A stretch of 64,000 nt of DNA, taken from contig CBFFRP010000360.1 in assembly GCA_965644295.1 (NCBI GenBank), positions 108,595 through 172,594 on the forward strand. Direction: 5' to 3'. Source of the DNA: Paraphysomonas bandaiensis (Eukaryota > Protista > Chrysophyceae). A program made the translations under genes and the position numbers. Each line of letters starts with the position of its first letter. Within the stretch, counting starts at the first letter, position 1. Positions 1 through 11,671 of this stretch are shown here, piece after piece. The notes beneath the pieces were generated by a model. That model searched no databases. It saw nothing but the letters and a program-made list of their open reading frames with translations, and had not been told where the DNA came from.

Positions 1-59
1 TTCAACTGACTTCTAATATATGAACACATACACACACATAGAGTCGAATCTCCCCATAT

Positions 60-1400
60 ATAAACAGAGGAGACAGTAGGGAAGAGTGTCATTGAACTCG
101 ATGGCCACTCGTGACCTGATTGCAATGGAACAATACTCATATTTTCAGTTGAAGAAGCGTCCACAGCTGGTCGTCAGTATGGGAATTATTCTGCCCTTAA
201 GACCCCCACTTCAACTCTTCTCCAACCCCTTGTATATCCTACTATTGTGCATGTTATTGAGGTATCTCTGCATTATTCCGAACGGTAGAGCCGTACTGCA
301 TTGTACGTACATACCTGACTAATATTGTATAGTATGGTTACTATCACACATATATATATATATGCAGAAGACGAAGTGAGAAGTGAGTGTTTCGTATGAA
401 GTGGAAGTGTTTCGATGGATATAAATCTACTTCTATTCTGTGAGGTGGATGATATGAAGGTATCCATATGTGGTGACTGAGATATGAGGCAGAAGGGATT
501 GGGGAACAACAGCCCCGCCGTATGTACAGCGCATACAGAGGTACTGTGTGGTATTATGTGGCTGTACGATCGTAGTACAATTCGTCTGTCAGTATTTTCA
601 CATACACACCTGAAGTGCATGAAGTTTCCAACGACTATGAAGAAGTGAACAGCGCAGTTCACATGCAGCAGAAGTACTCATAAAGAAACTTCAGATACTT
701 TTCACGGAAGTTTCTTAACAATAAATTCTATGATACTTTGATGATAGAGCTGGACATATGCTTGTGTTGGGTATCTTGTCATACACAGCATTAATATCAT
801 GTCAGCTATCATCAAAGTTTCATCATTACACTCCAGTAGTTGACATACAGGCATATTATGGAATGAATGAAAGTGAGATGTGCTGGATATGCGGTTATAT
901 CCCGACTAATCCAATACACATATGACACTTGTGACAATCAATCTGCTCATCGATGTAACCTGATTGTGTGCGCATGTGTTGGCTGATGTTTTGCATTGTT
1001 GATATTATGATCATTATAAACGCTCGAAGGATACTATATACATATTCGTGAAGACAGCATAACATGAGTACTTTGACCTATTCGTGATGAATATATGAAG
1101 CTGCTATCCTGTTCCCACAGTGGACAGTAGTGCAGTGAGCTATTCTGCTCTACAAGTCATACTCTCCACAGCAACTCGACAATTGGACACAATTGGGGGA
1201 TCAGGACCGGCGGCTCTCTTCTACTCTGGGGCCATATACAGATGGTCTCTGTCGACGTACAATGAGTATTTAGTGTAAACAGGTATTCTGTTGCAACAGT
1301 GGCCAGGGGCACAGTGATATATTTTGCTCTCCAAGTTGACAATGTTGGCAATTGGTAAGGGAGGTCAGACTCGCTTCTGGAAATATCCTTTCCCCTGCAG
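60..1400 (+). pseudogene. Degenerate WD40 gene of the Cdc20/Fizzy-related type
   Basis: Fragmentary plus-strand translations (AHTEVLCGIMW; GH...IYFAL; TRFWK) resemble Cdc20/Cdh1 WD repeats but are broken by stops and frameshifts. Confidence 0.35.
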
Positions 1401-1560
1401 ACTAGATCCTATATCCCCATGACTGATGTTAATATGTATGATTTTGCATCTATGATTTCTCTCTCTGTTGCATTAGTATAAACATATAGTTCTTTCTGTC
1501 AATTTACTTCAAGCGTAATAAGTATAATTATGGATTTGTTGTGAAACATCTATTGCTAGC

Positions 1561-2973
1561 CAGGGCTGTGTAACAACTAATTGTCAATTCGTAATTGACG
1601 CAGGTTGTAGTCAATTATAATTGCAAACGTTACTTGCTGTTCCAAGTAATTGCGATATTATTGATACAAGTAGATGTACATTAGCTGCCAACATAACTTA
1701 CACAACCACTGTTATTTCATCCCAGAGGCCACGACATATTAATTCGATCCTTCGTTGCCACCTTGAATTCTTCACGACTGCCTTTTTAAAGCAGCGTTAT
1801 GAATAATAGCAGCATTATTGCCCAGATGACGCTCGACAATCGGGTGTTTTTCGATGACTTCGTCAAGCAATATACAAACGTCGTGGAGGACGAGTTGGTG
1901 TTCATATTCATCCTACAATTCTATTGACACTCATCATCAGTGACATTGTCATCACCATCTTCGACATTGGAAAAAATTCACCACTTTGTTCTCTCAGCAC
2001 AATGTTTTTGCGGAAGAAGCTGCCGAATGTGTACGTTGCCTATTATCATTGTTCTGTAGTGTATTCCAGAGCTAAGGAATAATATACTGTTGGTTACTGG
2101 GAAGAGTCAATAACGAAGTATCTATGGGCTGTCTGCACCACAGGTCCAATGGATGCGTCCGATAACGCAAGGAACATTTATGACTGGACAGAGTGGAAGA
2201 AAACCTTCCATTCACTTTCTGTGAGAATAAATTAAATAGAAGGAAGTCTTGTTTGGGTAAAATGACTGCAAAGACGCGTAAGAAGTATTTAGGACTTTTG
2301 GAGGTGACAGTACGTGAAATCATAAAAGAAATGCTTCCAACTACGTTAATTTGATCTCAGTATAAAAGGTGCTGTATCAAGAATCCAAGGTTTACCAGAT
2401 GCAGTGACTGATATGATTCCTACTCCTCGACAGAATACCGAAATCAATACCCTTGTAAACAACTTGAAAGTTTTTGAAAGCGTTTCCAAGGTGCTTCAAA
2501 CAGTAGGCTCTAGTCAAGTGAATCTCTATGAATGTCGGAACCTTTTTGACGGCTTATTGAGAGACTTCGGGACTACATATCTCCTTTAAAGAAAAGACGT
2601 TCCATTGTTAATGACCCTTAATATGATGCTGTTTCTGAAAAATAATGGACACTTGTGGCCTGATGCATGCATATTTCAATTAATTTTGAATGAATGTGGT
2701 GGTGATCACGTCACCGATGATGGCTCCGATGTTGAGTATGAGGACAGTTGTTGAGTATGAGCAGAAGGTAGTCTTCGCTTGGCAGCGTTAATTATGTGAA
2801 CTTAACGACGGGTACTAAAAATGGAATCTACGCATGCGTTTATTTGCTGAATAATGGTACTAATTTATTGTAATATATTGCAATAGTATTGTTGGGCCGT
2901 TTAAAATTCCATCAATATTAATGGTGAGACGCTATCTAACAATAGTATTGCAATATATCGTTCCCTATCCCTG
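1561..2973 (+). mobile_element. Decayed hAT-like DNA transposon
   Basis: CAGGG at 1561 and CCCTG at 2973 with AT-rich subterminal repeats. Transposase relic 2404-2589 (FESVSKVLQ...NLYECRNLFDGLL) resembles relics at 46836-47072 and 53235-53750. No clean TSD. Confidence 0.6.
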
Positions 2974-3042
2974 TTTGCTATAGTATGCTAGTACAAAATA
3001 AGGAATCTACGCAAGTGTTTAATTGCAAAAGAACGATACTAT

Positions 3043-3308
3043 TTGCTCCATTCTGAGCGCGTACTTAGGTAGAGCCGGGTGGGGATCTAACTAATACTTG
3101 ATTAAGTCCCATATGTTATTTGCTAGCTACCTACTGAACCCAACTAGCTACATCATTATCACACGGTATTTAGCGCTGAATATACAGTGAGAGCCCGAGT
3201 GGGGAAGCGCTGAACTAAGCAATGTGTACATAGGTAGAGGTGCGCGATCGCAGCACTAAACAGCACCCACTAGAGGGCCGCACGCAGTGATTAGTTACGC
3301 TGGCAGTA
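3043..3308. repeat. Dispersed repeat family B, copy 1
   Basis: Block containing CTACTGAACCCAACTAGCTACATC...GTGGGGAAGCGCTGAACTAAGCAATGTGTAC recurs at about 6122-6297 (direct) and about 11473-11671 (inverted). Confidence 0.85.
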
Positions 3309-3707
3309 GTAACTGTGTTCGCTCGAAGATGAGCGATATGATATCATGATACAAAAACGGTGTTTTCATTGCTACAAAAGTGGCAACTTTCCAAAAGTTC
3401 GTATTTTTTCGAATAGTTTATTTCATTATAAAAAGTGGTAGTTTTCTCTCATGCTATGATATGAGGATCATCGTCCACTATACAGTATTCTGTGATCCAG
3501 GAAGTGGACATTCTGGTGTCTGAATATCTCCCCACTTGGCCTTCCTTCGCCTTCTATAGTGTTTCTTCGTACAATGATGGAGCAGCACAGTAGCGTATAG
3601 CGGTATCTATACATAGATATACAGGCATAGAGATCTAAACTCATCTCACTATCTTCCACTGCATCTACACACTATCAGCATATAACACTATCAGTATCAG
3701 TATAGAT

Positions 3708-5648
3708 ATGTCGAATATATCTGATCTTAACGATGATGTGTTGCGTCTCATCATCTCTATGATCCCACACACGGCTGTCCTTCCTGTGGTCATGACTTGC
3801 AAGAGATTTCAAGATACAGTCTACACTGATAAGAGCAGAGAGAGACTTGAGTCACATGCATCTCACTACTGTATGACCAACTCAATGGTCTCATGGGCTC
3901 TGTCTATGGGCTGCCCACACACACTGCTATCATATAGCTGTGCACTGGATGGCAGACTACAGCAGCTCATACATATACATGCCCTTCATACTGATACGAC
4001 CACACAGAGATCACTACACCAATCTGGTTTACGCAATTGTAGCGTTGTATCGGGTATCGAGCTTCAGATGATATGTAGTTTATATAGCCCTACATATCCA
4101 TTGTATTCAGAAACTTGCGTGGCTGCTGCAAAAGGTGGGCACTTGGATATTCTGAAGTGGCTTCGTTCACAGGATCCTCCATGTCCATGGGATGAGGGAA
4201 CTTGCAGTGCAGCTGCTGAAGGTGGTCACTTGGATGTTCTGAAGTGGCTTCGTTCACAGGACCCTCCATGTCCATGGAGTGAATCAACTTGCAGTGCAGC
4301 TGCTGAAGGTGGCCACTTGGATGTTCTGAAGTGGGTTCGTTCACAGGACCCCCCATGTCCATGGTGTGAACGGACTTGCAGTGCAGCTGCAAAATGTGGA
4401 CACTTGGATGTTCTGAAGTGGGTTCGTTCACAGGATCCGCCGTGTCCATGGAGTGAATCAACTTGCAGTGCAGCTGCTGAAGGTGGCCACTTGGATGTTC
4501 TGGTTTGGCTTCGTTCACAGGACCCCCCATGTCCATGGAATGAAAGGGCTTGCAACGCAGCTGCAAGAAGTGAACACTTGGATGTTCTGGTTTGGCTTCG
4601 TTCACAGGACCCCCCATGTTCATGTAATGAAGAAATATGCTACTATGTTGCACAACATGGACAGTTGAATGTTCTGAAGTGGCTTCGTTCACAGGACCCC
4701 CCATGTCCATGGAATGAAAAGGCTTGCAGTGCAGCTGCAAAAGGTGGACACTTGGATGTTCTGAAGTGGCTTCGTTCACAGGATCCGCCATGTCCATGGA
4801 GTGAATCAACTTGCATTGCAGCTGCAGATGGCGAACACATAGACGTTCTTGATTGGCTTCGTTCACAGGACCCCCCATGTCCATGGAATGAAGAAATATG
4901 CTTCAATGCGGCAGAATTTGGACACCTGGATGTTTTGAAGTGGGTTCGTTCACAGGACCCTCCATGCCCATGGGGTGAATATACATGCTTCAATGCTTCT
5001 CTGATGGGACACTTGGATATTCTGAAGTGGGTTCGCTCACAGGACCCTCCATGTCCATGGAATGAAAATACGTGCTTCAATGCTTTGAGGGGTGGACACT
5101 TAGATGTTCTGAAGTGGCTTCGAGCACAGGACCCTCCATGTCCATGGAATGAATGGACTTGTTTTGCTGTTGCAGAAAGAGGTGAGTGGGATGTTCTGAA
5201 ATGGCTTCGTTCACAGGACCCTCCATGTCCATGGAATGAAGAAATATGCTACTATGCTGTACAACACAGTCGTTTGGATGTTTTGGAGTGGCTTCGTTCA
5301 CAAGAACCTCCATGTCCATGGAATGAACGGACATGCATGGCTGCTATTGAAAATAGAGAATGGGAGATTCTTTTATGGCTTCGCTCACGTAATCCTCCAT
5401 GTCCCTGGAATTCAGTAACTTGCGCAGTTGCTGCGGAAGGTGGACACTTGAATGTTCTGAAGTGGCTTCGTTCACAGTGCCCTCCATGTCCATGGGATGA
5501 AGAAACTTGGATTGCTGCTGCAGATGGTGGTCACTTGAATGTTCTTGAGTGGCTTCGTTCACAGGACATTCCACTGTCAAGAGATGGTTGGGATTACTAC
5601 TCACAGGACATTCCACGGTCATGGGATGGGTGGGATTGTCACGCTTAG
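3708..5648 (+). CDS. Intronless F-box-like plus ankyrin-like repeat protein (646 aa)
   Basis: N-terminal LNDDVLRLIISM...VVMTCKRF is F-box-like. It is followed by 16 full 29-aa (87 bp) repeats of W(L/V)RSQDPPCPWxExTCxxAAxGGHLDVLK. Confidence 0.9.
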   Translation: MSNISDLNDDVLRLIISMIPHTAVLPVVMTCKRFQDTVYTDKSRERLESHASHYCMTNSMVSWALSMGCPHTLLSYSCALDGRLQQLIHIHALHTDTTTQRSLHQSGLRNCSVVSGIELQMICSLYSPTYPLYSETCVAAAKGGHLDILKWLRSQDPPCPWDEGTCSAAAEGGHLDVLKWLRSQDPPCPWSESTCSAAAEGGHLDVLKWVRSQDPPCPWCERTCSAAAKCGHLDVLKWVRSQDPPCPWSESTCSAAAEGGHLDVLVWLRSQDPPCPWNERACNAAARSEHLDVLVWLRSQDPPCSCNEEICYYVAQHGQLNVLKWLRSQDPPCPWNEKACSAAAKGGHLDVLKWLRSQDPPCPWSESTCIAAADGEHIDVLDWLRSQDPPCPWNEEICFNAAEFGHLDVLKWVRSQDPPCPWGEYTCFNASLMGHLDILKWVRSQDPPCPWNENTCFNALRGGHLDVLKWLRAQDPPCPWNEWTCFAVAERGEWDVLKWLRSQDPPCPWNEEICYYAVQHSRLDVLEWLRSQEPPCPWNERTCMAAIENREWEILLWLRSRNPPCPWNSVTCAVAAEGGHLNVLKWLRSQCPPCPWDEETWIAAADGGHLNVLEWLRSQDIPLSRDGWDYYSQDIPRSWDGWDCHA

Positions 5649-5785
5649 TGTGAATAGTGGGATGTTTTGAAGTGTTTACGTTCATATGTAACGTATCCCT
5701 TGTTGGACATGCCCTTATTTATCTGCAACGTAACTTTAACTTAGTTCAATTTATGACCAGGTTTACCTAAAATTACCTTGGTTGA

Positions 5786-5947
5786 TTGGTTGCACCTTGG
5801 TGCTTGCGGCGACGCACAAGCAGCTTCTGTTGCGCTAAATAGTAGGATAATAGAATTTGTGCTGATTAGTAGATCTAGCATACCACTAGCCACTATATCG
5901 GAACGAGTTTTTAACGCCTATTGCTAAATAACAAGACTTTCAATATA
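5786..5947 (+). mobile_element. 5'-truncated SINE-like retroposon (family A 3' core)
   Basis: Core GGTTGCACCTTGGTGCTTGCGGCGACGCACAAGCAGC...TTTTAACGCCTATTGCTAAATAACAAGACTTTCAATATA. 12-bp direct repeat TACCTTGGTTGA at 5774-5785 and 5948-5959. Confidence 0.85.
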
Positions 5948-6121
5948 TACCTTGGTTGAATTAATTATTATTTTGAATAACTTTTTTACCAAATTGCTTT
6001 GACCGATATGAATAATATTTCTCTTACTGACAGTCTAGCTCACGATATATTGCATTTGTTGCTGGTAGGTGTGGACACAAAGAGTTGCGCATACGCCTTA
6101 AAAAACTTACTAAAATCTTTC

Positions 6122-6297
6122 TATTTGCTATCTACCTACTGAACCCAACTAGCTACATCATTATCACACGGTGTTTAGCCTGAATATGCAGTGAGAACAC
6201 GAGTGGGGAAGCGCTGAACTAAGCAATGTGTACATAGGTAGAGGTGCGCGGTCGCAGCACTCACTAGAGACTAGAGTGATTAGTTACGCTTTCAGTA
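6122..6297. repeat. Dispersed repeat family B, copy 2
   Basis: Matches 3116-3308 in direct orientation. Confidence 0.85.
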
Positions 6298-6309
6298 TGG
6301 GGCACTACT

Positions 6310-6443
6310 ATATTGACATAATATATATTGCAATATGTTTCAATAGTATTGTTGCGTCGGTTCAAAAGCTCTATCAGTATTATTGGTGGGATGCTAGCTA
6401 GCAATAGTATTGCAATATATCAATATATTGTTCCCTGGCCCTG
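6310..6443. mobile_element. hAT/MITE terminal fragment
   Basis: Ends CAATATATTGTTCCCTGGCCCTG. Similar ends occur at 2973, 11356, about 26830 and 39197. Confidence 0.6.
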
Positions 6444-6915
6444 GTAGATAGCGTCCCATTAATAATTTTGCAATATATTGCGATATAGTAGATATTAGTA
6501 TCAGTATACGCTGAGCTGACTTAACAGTAACAATGTTGAAGTTTCTTTCGTCAGTCGACCTATTATTACTGTGTTGTTCCTTCTTAGCCCTCGAGTATAA
6601 TATGCTATCCTGTTTGCGTAGAATTTTTTTTGACGATGTTGAATGCCATAAACTTTTCGGCATTGTTGAGCTCAAATGACGAGGTTTTATATCCATTGGC
6701 TGGGTATTTATCCTGCGCCCACCATATCCAAGGGTCGGACAAAAAAGTCCTATAATGCTTACGATAATAGAAGTGCATTTCAAAATTTCCATGACTGTTA
6801 TTTACGGCGAGCAGACAGCGTACCATAAAACATACAATCACTCAACACAACGACACAATTAAATATATCTGCTTTTGAAAAGTCTACGACATTACTTTTG
6901 CATTAGAACTGTATC

Positions 6916-7740
6916 TCAACTTCCTGTCTTCGAGCTATGCCCAGTTTCAACAAGTTCTTCGACAATAAAATCAATTCCATCCTACGCACATACATAAAAG
7001 AAGAATTATAGTAGTAGTTGATTAAGTTATACTTGTAATCCTTCTCCAGTTTTGGCAGAGCACGGTACAATAATCCACTGCCTGCAGTCAAGCATGAAAA
7101 CATATAGTCATCATCAGCGATTTCCCGACCTGTCTCTAATCGCATGCAGATTCAATCCAGCAGTCAGTTCGGCAGCACTTAATGCGGACAGTAAGTCCTG
7201 CTTGTTAGCATATATAAGCAGTGGTACACCGGATAGTTTATCCTCTTCGAGCAATTGCTGGAGTTCTATACCGGTCTCTTCCATTCTTCTACGGTCGGCG
7301 CTATCTATAACATATATCTATACCAAATATAATTAACAGTATCGTATGTAATTGATATCAGTACGTACCAATGCATCTGTAGATTCAAAGTAGTTTCTCC
7401 AGTAAGGGCGTATAGTCTTTTGACCTATATAACAATTAACATATACATATATACACATCTATAGAGTTACAGTGATATGTGTATACAGTGATATGTAGTG
7501 TGCTGTATGATATCACTGCACAACACACTCACCTCCCACATCCCATACATTCATTTTTAAATCAGATTGAATAAGAGATTTCACATTGAATCCTTGAGTG
7601 GGAGTGACATGCTGAATATCTTCCGCTGACAGCTTCCTCAGTACGGTTGTTTTACCAGAATTATCCAAACCTAACACAAGAATACGAACCTCTCGATCGC
7701 TTCGTTTAAGTGTTCGTAGTAATCTATCTAGAATACCCAT
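6916..7740 (-). CDS. ARL3: ADP-ribosylation factor-like GTPase 3 (5 exons)
   Basis: [24 protein letters not shown]|[19 protein letters not shown] and [10 protein letters not shown], joined across GT-AG introns. Stop TGA at 6916-6918. Confidence 0.9.
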
Positions 7741-7843
7741 AGTGAGATATAGTTACTAGAGATCACAATAAATGAGACACAGTCAACACATAACACCATC
7801 GAATAATACACACACCATACTACAATGAAACCCCTCCATATAG

Positions 7844-8527
7844 ATACATACATACATACATACATACATACATACATACATACATACATACATACATACA
7901 TACATACATACATACATACATACATACATACATACATACATACATACATACATACATACATACATACATACATACATACATACATACATACATACATACA
8001 TACATACATACATACATACATACATACATACATACATACATACATACATACATACATACATACATACATACATACATACATACATACATACATACATACA
8101 TACATACATACATACATACATACATACATACATACATACATACATACATACATACATACATACATACATACATACATACATACATACATACATACATACA
8201 TACATACATACATACATACATACATACATACATACATACATACATACATACATACATACATACATACATACATACATACATACATACATACATACATACA
8301 TACATACATACATACATACATACATACATACATACATACATACATACATACATACATACATACATACATACATACATACATACATACATACATACATACA
8401 TACATACATACATACATACATACATACATACATACATACATACATACATACATACATACATACATACATACATACATACATACATACATACATACATACA
8501 TACATACATACATACATACATACATAC
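7844..8527. repeat. (TACA)n tetranucleotide array, about 170 units
   Basis: Perfect tandem repeat between the divergent ARL3 and SAM synthetase starts. Confidence 0.99.
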
Positions 8528-8747
8528 CAACAGCAGTACACATACACTGTACACCACAACACAATCGCAGAATACATTATATACATCTGTATTTCAGTTG
8601 GTGTGGCTATTGAAGATATGCTCTGTTGGGGCATGTGTGGCTCTGATGCAATTAGATGCTATCCAACCCTTCCAGATCATTTTATGCACAATCCTTTACA
8701 GCACAGCACAATTCTCTGTCACTGCACACTTATTGAACATCTATACA

Positions 8748-9911
8748 ATGTCTGATATCTTTCTCTTTTCTTCCGAGTCTGTTAACGAGGGACACCCCGA
8801 CAAGATCTGTGATCAGATCTCTGATGCTGTCCTTGATGCTTGCGTTCGTGACGACCCCGCCTCTCGTGTAGCTTGCGAGACTTGCACCAAGACTGGCATG
8901 GTTATGATCTTTGGTGAGATCACTACCTCTGCTACCGTCAACTACGAGCAGGTTATCCGTGAGACTCTTAAGGATATCGGATACGACGATGTTGCTAAGG
9001 GTATGGACTACAGAACCTGCAATGTCATTGTTGCCATTGAGGAACAGTCCCCTGATATTGCCCAGTCTGTTGATAACGTCAAGCTTGAGGACATTGGTGC
9101 TGGTGACCAGGGAATCATGTTTGGATATGCCACTGATGAGACTGAGTCTCTCATGCCCCTTACCCACAACCTTGCTACTTCTCTTGGCTCCCGCCTGACT
9201 GAGGTCCGCAAGACTGGTGTCTGCCCATGGGTTCGCCCAGATGGTAAGACTCAGATCACCTGTGAGTACAAGAACGAGAACGGAAGAATGGTTCCTCAGC
9301 GCGTGCACACTGTTGTCATCTCCACTCAGCACTCTGAGGAGGTCTCCAACGAGGACATCCGCAATGACCTTATGGAGCACGTTATTAAGCACGTCATCCC
9401 TGCCGAGTACCTCGACGAGAAGACCATCTACCACTTGAATCCTTCTGGACGCTTCGTGATTGGTGGTCCTCACGGTGATGCAGGTCTTACCGGCAGAAAG
9501 ATTATTATTGACACATACGGAGGATGGGGAGCTCACGGTGGAGGTGCCTTCTCCGGTAAGGACACCACCAAGGTTGACCGCTCTGCAGCCTATGCTGCTC
9601 GTTGGGTTGCCAAGTCCGTTGTGGCTGCTGGCCTTGCTCACAGATGCCTTGTTCAGCTCTCTTACGGTATTGGCCTTGCCCATCCTTTGTCCATCTTCGT
9701 GGACTCTTATGGCACTGGCATGACCCGCTCTGGCAAGACAGACAACGAAATCGTTGAGATCATCAAGAAGAACTTTGATCTTCGTGCTGGATGCATCATC
9801 CGTGACCTCAACCTTCGTCGTCCTTGCATGAAGAAGACTTCCGCTTACGGCCACTTTGGACGCAATGACCCTGACTTCACCTGGGAGACCGTCAAGGAGC
9901 TTGAAATTTAA
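8748..9911 (+). CDS. MAT: S-adenosylmethionine synthetase (canonical MAT), intronless
   Basis: [26 protein letters not shown] and YGHFGR. True start is likely MSDIFLF at 8748; codon bias is strong. Confidence 0.98.
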   Translation: MSDIFLFSSESVNEGHPDKICDQISDAVLDACVRDDPASRVACETCTKTGMVMIFGEITTSATVNYEQVIRETLKDIGYDDVAKGMDYRTCNVIVAIEEQSPDIAQSVDNVKLEDIGAGDQGIMFGYATDETESLMPLTHNLATSLGSRLTEVRKTGVCPWVRPDGKTQITCEYKNENGRMVPQRVHTVVISTQHSEEVSNEDIRNDLMEHVIKHVIPAEYLDEKTIYHLNPSGRFVIGGPHGDAGLTGRKIIIDTYGGWGAHGGGAFSGKDTTKVDRSAAYAARWVAKSVVAAGLAHRCLVQLSYGIGLAHPLSIFVDSYGTGMTRSGKTDNEIVEIIKKNFDLRAGCIIRDLNLRRPCMKKTSAYGHFGRNDPDFTWETVKELEI

Positions 9912-10461
9912 ATAGCATAGTCCTTATTTTGTCTCTAAGTTAGTGCAGCGGTCAGGAGTGCCGACCTTTAACCATTCTTAGAGTAATGGAATAAAAGGAC
10001 TCGCCATTCTTAGATGTCAATAGTCTTTTCAATAAGTAACTAGCACGAGATGATTATTTTTGAGTCCTAAATTTGCTTCCGGCTAATAATTTTGATGAAT
10101 TTCAATAGATTTACTACGTCAGATTTTTTCATACAATCTCTATTTTCATACAATACAAGAGTAGGTGGTATTTGTTTACCCAATTCACACTTCTCTATCA
10201 TGATACTATTCGACTGAAGTCGTACCATGCATGAAAAGTATCACTTCAACATCTCAAATGAATGTTCACAGGAATATTACACAATCAATCAACATGTATG
10301 ACGTATGTTTTGCTTTTAGTAATACGAAGTGTCAGAGTAACATATCACCAATATAGGCACATTATTCCGCAAGAATATTTTGTCAAACTCTCAACATAAA
10401 TGTGTATGTTAACAGAGGCCTCTACTTAGTACTTAGTAGCACTTACTTCTATTCTTACTCA

Positions 10462-10687
10462 GACACACGAGCAGGGCGAACTCACACACAACATCAAGAA
10501 CGGAAGTGGTTGCACCTTGGTGCTTGCGGCGACGCACAAGCAGCTTCTGTAGCGTTAAATAGTAGGATAATAGAATTTGTGCTGATTAGTTATGGGTAGA
10601 GGCTTACTAGTAGATCTAGTATTCAAGAGCCGCTATATCGGAACGAGTTTTTAACGCCTATTGCTAAATAAAAAGACATTTAATAAA
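10462..10687 (+). mobile_element. SINE-like retroposon, family A core with alternative 5' extension
   Basis: 14-bp TSD TCTATTCTTACTCA at 10448-10461 and 10688-10701. Confidence 0.85.
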
Positions 10688-10849
10688 TCTATTCTTACTC
10701 ATCATATTCATATTATCGGTAACACTATACTCCTTAAGATATCATGGAATCATATCATTTGTAGGTGAACTTCATACAGATTATGTTTCATTTCATTGGT
10801 GGATTATTAATCTGTGGTTTCATTATCGAGAAATGGTCTTCTGAGGTGT

Positions 10850-11100
10850 ATATTGAAAGTCTTGTTATTTAGCAATAGGCGTTAAAAACTCGTGCCAGTA
10901 TAGTGGCTAGTTGAATGCTAGACATACTAGTTAGACCTCTACCCATAACTAATCAGCACAAATTCTATTATCCTACTATTTAACGCTACAGAAGCTGCTT
11001 GTGCGTCGCCGCAAGCACCAAGGTGCGACCACTTCCGTTCTTAATGTTGTTTGTGAGTTTCGCCCTGCTCGTGTGTCTTAGGACTAACTGGCGCGTGTTA
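10850..11100 (-). mobile_element. SINE-like retroposon, inverted copy of 10462-10687
   Basis: Reverse-complement match over about 220 bp. Possible imperfect TSD TGAGGTGT/TGAGGGGT. Confidence 0.8.
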
Positions 11101-11472
11101 TGAGGGGTTATGGTCTATATAGTACGTACATGCAATTCACCATCCGCAATAGCTGAGTTGATCATTCCAGTACGTGATTTTTGTTATGGTGCTGCTGTGT
11201 TGTAATATTATATGAATGATGTATCTTTTTAAAGAAGGAGTTAATCAGGTTGATGTTTATGAGTATGGTTTCATCAACATTTAGTATATGCCATCTAACA
11301 ATTGATGGAACACTATCTAACAATATAGTATTGCAATGTATTTTTCTCTATCCCTGGTATATAGAGTATAGCACGGTTATCACACGCTTTATATACGTGT
11401 ATATCTTTTATATTGATAATCGTACAGCTTATATATATTTTTTAGCATTAGTAGCATCCTTGCATAATATAA

Positions 11473-11671
11473 GTACACATTGCATAGTTCAGTGCTTCCC
11501 CACTCGGGTTCTCACTGTATATTCAGCGCTAAATACCGTGTGATAGTGATGTAGCTAGTTGGGTTCAGTAGGTTGCTAGCAAATAACGTATGGTGCATAA
11601 TCAAGTATTAGTTAGATCCTCACCCGGCCCCCACCCGGATCTACATAAGAACGCGCTCAGAATGGAGCAAT
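11473..11671. repeat. Dispersed repeat family B, inverted copy 3
   Basis: Reverse complement of 3043-3230. Confidence 0.8.

Noticed and set aside
4158-5570. 87-bp periodic repeat with constant and variable parts, resembling a CRISPR array
   Set aside because: It is an in-frame protein repeat whose variable parts are homologous to each other; the context is eukaryotic with no cas genes.
7728-8634. MYVC/HTYI-repeat ORFs here and at about 13.9, 25.0-26.0, 42.8-43.3 and 49.3-49.8 kb
   Set aside because: (TACA)n has no stop codon in any frame, so these are microsatellite artefacts.
8598-8747. N-terminal extension of MAT in the ORF track
   Set aside because: It uses a non-ATG start; MAT homology begins at ATG 8748.
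8730-9854. 374-aa antisense ORF over MAT, and similar shadow ORFs over the ankyrin, mucin and copia regions
   Set aside because: Explained by codon bias or repeats on the coding strand.
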